Position numbers and translations under genes: made by a program
Shown here: piece by piece, positions 49,501-64,000 of the stretch
Layout: each line of letters starts with the position of its first letter
Numbering within the stretch: the first letter of the stretch is position 1
From: Flaccisagitta enflata
Taxonomy: Eukaryota
Direction: 5' to 3'
Length of the DNA: 64,000 bases
Assembly (NCBI GenBank): GCA_965153355.1
Contig: OZ231126.1
Span: 2,542,001 to 2,606,000, forward strand
The notes under the pieces: generated by a model
Seen by the model: the letters and a program-made list of their open reading frames with translations, nothing else
What the model was told of the DNA's origin: nothing
Database searches by the model: none

Positions 49501-51929
49501 ACATAATGCAAAGTAAATGGGTAACTGGGCAGTTTGGGCAGTCCATCTTTTCGTATGAATATTGGTACATCGCCGCACATCAATCCATAATGAGACCGCC
49601 GCAAGAGTTTAGCAAGTGACGCGGGGTCACAATATCGTTGCAGACGGGTGGGCAGGGGCATCCATCCCCCATCCACACACCAGCCCACCTGCAACACAAA
49701 ATCTTACTCAAAAAGTGTCAAAAACGCTCGTTTTCCCACTTATCAACTTGATCACCATGACTGACGGACAAACCAACGGACGGACCAATGGACGGACCAA
49801 CAGACGGACCAAGCCTCTTATTGAGTTGGGTGTCCGCAACTAAAAAATGGTGATACATTGAATAGTCAAGAGAATATACTACTCGACTCAATAAAAAAGC
49901 CGCACTTTTAAATGACAAATTGTCATACTAAATTTCAAAAAAACTAATCAAAATCTTAGACCATTAGAAAGCTCTAGAAAAGATCTTTCATTTGGCGCCA
50001 ATCTGGTAATGTTATCTTTTTTTGTTTAGAAATGGCATCAGTTTGAGTAAAAACGTTGCCATGTTCTTTCAACGTGGCTAAGAGATGTCCAATAGATGCG
50101 TCCTCTTTAGATCATAGATGTAAGATAGTAAGACATAATGATATGAAGTTATTAAGTTATTGAAATACCACGCGGATCAATAACTAGGCCGGATACACGG
50201 CCAATACCAGTCGCGGACGGGTGGGCAGGGGCGGAAATGCGCGTTTTCACACTTTCCAACTCGATCACCACGGACCGACCAACCAACCGACCAACCAACA
50301 GACGGACGGACGGACAAAGCCTCTTATAGAGTCGCTTGTCCGCGACTAAAAAAGACGCATTCTTAAATGACCATTTTAGCCATTTTTTGATTGATTTCAA
50401 GTTGAATGTTTTGCACCATTGGAAAGCCTAGCTTTTAAGCTTTCAGGATCATAAAGAAAAAAACCTTTATGCTAAGGCGTTTATGCGTGGTAATAAAAGA
50501 GTAAAAATAGTCAAAAATCGTTTTCACAATTCTGCAAGAGAAAAAAAATTCAAGATAACTAGTGTTTCACTTTGATGAGCTGTATCTTCTGAACCATTTG
50601 AGATACAGACTTGGGATTGGTCTAGAATGAAGGAAAATTCAAAAATCTTCAAAATTGCTTTGTCGGAAAAATACTCAAAAACTTTTTTCATACCTTATCA
50701 TTGGATATAGAAATGACAAACAATTTTTTCAATGATTCGATATTTTTCATGTGCTGAAAATAGTGGTTGACTTTGAAAGGCTGTAACTTTTAAACGGTTT
50801 GAGATACAGACCTGAGATTGGTCTAAATTGAAAGAAAATTCAAAAATCTTCAAAATTGCTTGAACTAAAATTATTTTGAATAAAATTTTCTGTCTTCTTT
50901 ATCTATAAATGAAGAGGTGCGTCTTTTTGGGCAGCGGCCCCAAAGGGCCGATGTCCTGTAGGACACAGGGGGTAATTTCCAGACGTCCGTCCGTCCGTCC
51001 GTCCTTCCATCCTTCCGTCCTTCCGTCCGTCCCCCCCATTGGCCATCGAGGCCTGAAATCCTCACTCTCAGGCCTGATTTAGGCCCTCTAAGCCCTCAAA
51101 TCAGCCCTCCAGGCCTCAAATCAGCCCTCCAGACCTCAAATCAGCTCTCAAATCAGCTCTCCAGGCCTCAAATCTGCTCTCCAGGCCTCAAATCAGCTCT
51201 CAAATCAGCTCTCCAGGCCTCAAATCTGCTCTCCAGCCCTAAAATCAGCATTCCAGGCTTCAAATCAGCCCTCCAGGCCCTTCCCCCCTTGACGCCTCCT
51301 CCTGACCAAACCTCCTCCCCTACCCCTATCTTCCCCCCCCCCACGCCTCCCCAACCCAAACACCTCATCCCTCATCCCCCATGCCTCCTCCCTCCAACTC
51401 CCCCCACTCCTACTCCCCCCCCGCCTCCTCCTTACCAAGAGACATGGAGAGGAATGAAAGACATGATGAGACCTGTAGACAGATGAATAGACATGAAAAG
51501 ACATGAAGAGACATGAAGAGACATTAAGAGACATGAGAGACATTGTGTCACCTGAGGAGACATCTAGAGACATGGAGAGACATGAAAAGACATGAAACGA
51601 CATGAAGAGACATGAATGGACATGAAAAGAAATGAAGAGAAAACCGGAAAAATCGCATGAGAAAGTTTCGGGTTCCGGACAGACCAAGAGACACACCCTC
51701 TTTTAAAGATGCGAGGACGCCTCTAAAAATGAATAAGACATCAATATTTTGATGAAAAAAAAAAAATAGAGCCTAAACGTCGGCTCATATTTGTCCATAA
51801 ATCAAAATGAATCATCAATTTGTGTATGTCTCGAATCCAGAATCAATGTAAGTATATTCTTTTTTATCACGTGCGTTATGGAAAAAAAAGTGTGTTCGTC
51901 AGTCTGTTGGTTGATCAGACACGGTTTTT

Positions 51930-60032
<8,103 letters not shown>

Positions 60033-60284
60033 CTGAAGAATTAAATTCATACCGTCTGAGGAATAAGACTTTCTAGCTCAAAGTTTGGAGGGGTCAAAAG
60101 GGCGAGTCCGGGGACCCCTATGAAGTTGGGTCTTGAAATGTGCGTAATACTTTGGGAAACACTAATCCAGGCTTGCTTGACCCAATATCAGGTGCGTGTT
60201 CGAATGTCTCAAAAAAAAGTGCCCAAAATGGCCGTTTTTGGCGTTTTTTTGCCTAAAAACCATCTTAAACTTAGAGTAGAGCCA

Positions 60285-63188
60285 TGAAATTTTACATGCA
60301 CATGTATTAGACCCTAATTGAGCTGCATGTAAAAAATTATGAGGCTTTGAAAATTTTAAGGTACCTAAAATTTGAAAAAACTGCTTTTTCGCGATTTTCT
60401 AAACAAAAAAAAATTTTGTTACCCCCCTAAAAATTGACCGATTTGGACAAAATTTTTACTGGAGGTATTTCACATTATGGACTACCTCCATGTAAAATTT
60501 CATCAAAATCGGAGCACTTGAAGTACCAAAAATTGCCTTCGAAAATCCAAAATTCTTGAAAAAAATACCCAAAAATCGTCTTTGGGCCTGAGACATTGCC
60601 ATGATATGGCAGGCACCTATAAACCATGGGCTGAAATTCCTTTAGGGGACTCTTGGTGATGCCCAAAAAAAATTTGGTGGCCCTGAGAGCCTTTTTTGGG
60701 TGTCAAATAACAATTTAATGAAGACCGTAAAACCAAAAATCGCGAAAATGGCCAATTTTAGGCCTCTTTTCAACCTGTAACCTAAAAAAAAGTTGAAAAA
60801 TGGCCCTGAAATTTCAAATGCACATGTATAAGACCCTACTGAAGCTTTTTTGTAAACAAATAAAAGTTTTTGAAAATTTTATGGTACCTTAATTTTGAAA
60901 AAACGGCTATTTCGCGATTTTTTAAACAAAAAAAAATTTTGTTACCCCCCTAAAAGTTGACCGATTTTGACAAAATTTTTACTGGAGGTATTTCACATTA
61001 TGGACTACCTCCATGTAAAATTTCATCAAAATCGGAGCACTTGAAGTACCAAAAATTGCCTTCGAAAATCCAAAATTCTGGAAAAAAAAACCCAAAAATT
61101 GTCTTTGGGCCTGAGACATTGCCATGATATGGCAGGCACCTATAAACCATGGGCTGAAATTTCTTTAGGGGACTCTTGGTGATGCCCCCAAAAAATTTGG
61201 TGACCCTGAGAGCCTTTTTTGGGTGTCAAATAACAATTTATTGAAGACCGTAAAACAAAAAATTGCGAAAATGGCCAATTTTAGGCCTCTTTTCAACCTG
61301 TAACCTAAAAAAAAGTTGAAAAATGGCCCTGAAATTTCAAATGCACATGTATAAGACCCTACTGAAGCTTTTTTGTAAATAAATAAAAGTTTTTGAAAAT
61401 TTTATGGTACCTTAATTTTGAAAAAACGGCTATTTCGCGATTTTTTAAACGAAAAAAAATTTTGTTACCCCCCTAAAAGTTGACCGATTTTGACAAAATT
61501 TCTACTGGAGGTATTTCACATTATGGACTACCTCCATGTAAAATTTCATCAAAATCGGAGCACTTGAAGTACCAAAAATTGCCTTCGAAAATCCAAAATT
61601 CTGGAAAAAAAAACCCAAAAATTGTCTTTGGGCCTGAGACATTGCCATGATATGGCAGGCACCTATAAACCATGGGCTGAAATTTCTTTAGGGGACTCTT
61701 GGTGATGCCCCCCAAAAATTTGGTGACCCTGAGAGCCTTTTTTGGGTGTCAAATAACAATTTATTGAAGACCGTAAAACAAAAAACTGCGAAAATGGCCA
61801 ATTTTAGGCCTCTTTTCAACCTGTAACCTAAAAAAAAGTTGAAAAATGCCCTGAAATTTCAAATGCACATGTATAAGACCCTACTGAAGCTTTTTTGTAA
61901 ACAATTAAAAGTTTTTGAAAATTTTATGGTACCTTAATTTTGAAAAATCGGCTATTTCACGATTTTTAAAAAGAAAAAGTTGTTACCCCCCAAAAAGTTG
62001 ACTGATTCAGACCAAATTTTTAACTGGAGGTATTTCACATTATGGACTACCTCCATGTAAAATTTCATCAAAATCGGAGCACTTGAAGTACCAAAAATTG
62101 CCTTCGAAAATCCAAAATTCTGGAAAAAAAAAACCCAAAAATTGTCTTTGGGCCTGAGATATTGCCATGATATGGCAGGCACCTCTGAACCATGGGCTGA
62201 AATTTCTTTAGGGGACTCTTGGTGATGCCCCAAAAAAATTTGGTGACCCTGAGAGCCTTTTTTGGGTGTCAAATAACAATTTATTGAAGACCGTAAAACA
62301 AAAAATTGCAAAAATGGCCAATTTTAGGCCTCTTTTCAACCTGTAACCTAAAAAAAAGTTGAAAAATGGCCCTGAAATTTCAAATGCACATGTATAAGAC
62401 CCTACTAAAGCTTTTTTGTAAACAATTAAAAGTTTTTGAAAATTTTATGGTACCTTAATTTTGAAAAATCGGCTATTTCGCGATTTTTAAAAAGAAAAAA
62501 AAAGCTGTTACCCCCCAAAAAGTTGACCGATTCAGACCAAATTTTTAACTGGAGGTATTTCACATTATGGACTACCTCCATGTAAAATTTCATCAAAATC
62601 GGAGCACTTGAAGTACCCAATATTGCCTTCGAAAATCCAAAATTCTGGAAAAAAAAAACCAAAAATCGTCTTTGGGCCTGAGACATTGCCATGATATGGC
62701 AGGCACCTATGAACCATGGGCTGAAATTCCTTTAGGGGACTCTTGGTGATGCCAAAAAAAAATTTGGTGACCCTGAGAGCCTTTTTTGGGTGTCAAATAA
62801 CAATTTATTGAAGACCGTAAAACCAAAAATCGCAAAAATGGCCAATTTTAGGCCTCTTTTCAACCTCTAACCTAAAAAAAGTTGAAAAATGGCCCTGAAA
62901 TTTCAAATGCACATGTATAAGGCCCTACTGAAGCTTTTTTGTAAACAAATAAAAGTTTTTGAAAATTTTATGGTACCTTACTTTTGAAAAAACGGCTATT
63001 TTGATATTGTAAAGATGTAGATCTACTTTGCTATATCACTGATTACCAAGAGAGCAGAAGATATCATGATATCATGATATAATGATAAGTAAGTTTCTGT
63101 TGGACAATCTGTCTAATGGAGCCTATTCTCATAATTACAATATCAAAGACCAGAGCCAGGGCTACCAATGGGGGGGTAGCTGGGAAAA

Positions 63189-63270
<82 letters not shown>

Positions 63271-64000
63271 GGAGGAGGAGGAGGAGGAGAAGGAGAGAGA
63301 GAGAGAGAGAGAGAGAGAGTGAGAGAGAAGGGTGAGTAATTGCACTTCACAATCATTATTTGACACCCAAAAAAGGCTTTCAGGGTCACCAAATTTTTTC
63401 GGAGCATCACCAAAAGTTCCCTAAAGGAATTTCAGCCCATGGTTCATAGGTGCCTGCCACATTTTGGCAATATCTCAGGCTCAAAGACAATTTTTTGGGT
63501 ATTTTTGGGCAAATATTGGATTTTCGAAGGCAATTTTGGGTACTTAAAGTGCTCCGATTTTGATGAAATTTTACATGGAGGTAATTCATGATATGAAGTA
63601 TCCCCAGTAAAAATTTTGTCAAAATCGGTCAACTTTTAGGGGGGTAACGGTTTTTTTTTTCTTTTTAAAAATCGCGAAATAGCCGTTTTTTCAAAATTAA
63701 GGTACCATAAAATTTTCAAAAACTTTAATTTGTTTACAAAAAACCTTCAGTAGGATCTTACACATGTGCATTTGAAATTTCAGGGCCATTTTTCAACTTT
63801 TTTTAAGTTACAGGTTGAAAAGAGGCCTAAAATTGACCATTTTCGCGATTTTTGGTTTTACGGTCTTCAATAAATTGTTATTTGACACCCAAAAAAGGCT
63901 CTCAGGGTCACCAAATTTTTTTGGGGCATCACCAAGAGTCCCCTAAAGGAATTTCAGCCCATGGTTCATAGGTGCCTGCCATATCATGGCAATGTCTCAG
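60285..64000. repeat. ~523-bp satellite: about 5 direct copies, a ~350-bp spacer, then inverted copies running off the window
   Basis: ACTGGAGGTATTTCACATTATGG at 60458, 60981, 61504, 62023 and 62548. Reverse-complement units start at ~63356. Confidence 0.9.

Noticed and set aside
60475-63632. Repeated 60-120-aa ORFs in the satellite
   Set aside because: Frames differ between copies through homopolymer indels, and no domain is recognisable.

Overview
AT-rich, repeat-dense nuclear DNA of an invertebrate animal (spliceosomal introns, vWA/EGF and XK genes; I cannot assign the species). Most ORFs in the supplied track are artefacts of microsatellites and repeats. By matching GT/AG sites and intron phases by hand I assembled four spliced genes: a secreted coiled-coil + H-type-lectin protein (-, 8329-3782), an XK-related (Xkr) scramblase-family protein (+, 10395-26330), a small CCDC190-like protein (+, 28828-33002) and the 3' part of a matrilin-like vWA-EGF-vWA protein (-, >60032-51930). 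There is also an intronless ~3.1-kb SF1-helicase-like pseudogene (-, 41469-38375). The most striking structure is a 6.6-kb DNA transposon with ~162-bp TIRs, flanked by TATA, inserted in the first coding exon of the Xkr gene. A GT at the target site and an AG in the right TIR would let it be spliced out in frame, and all downstream Xkr exons are intact. The same gene has tandem arrays of its own splice junctions (41-, 105- and 93-bp units) and a C-terminal run of caspase-like sites. The rest is Helentron-like non-autonomous elements, MITEs, minisatellites and a ~523-bp satellite in inverted arrangement. All gene models and family calls come from reading motifs by eye and need RNA-seq and HMM confirmation.
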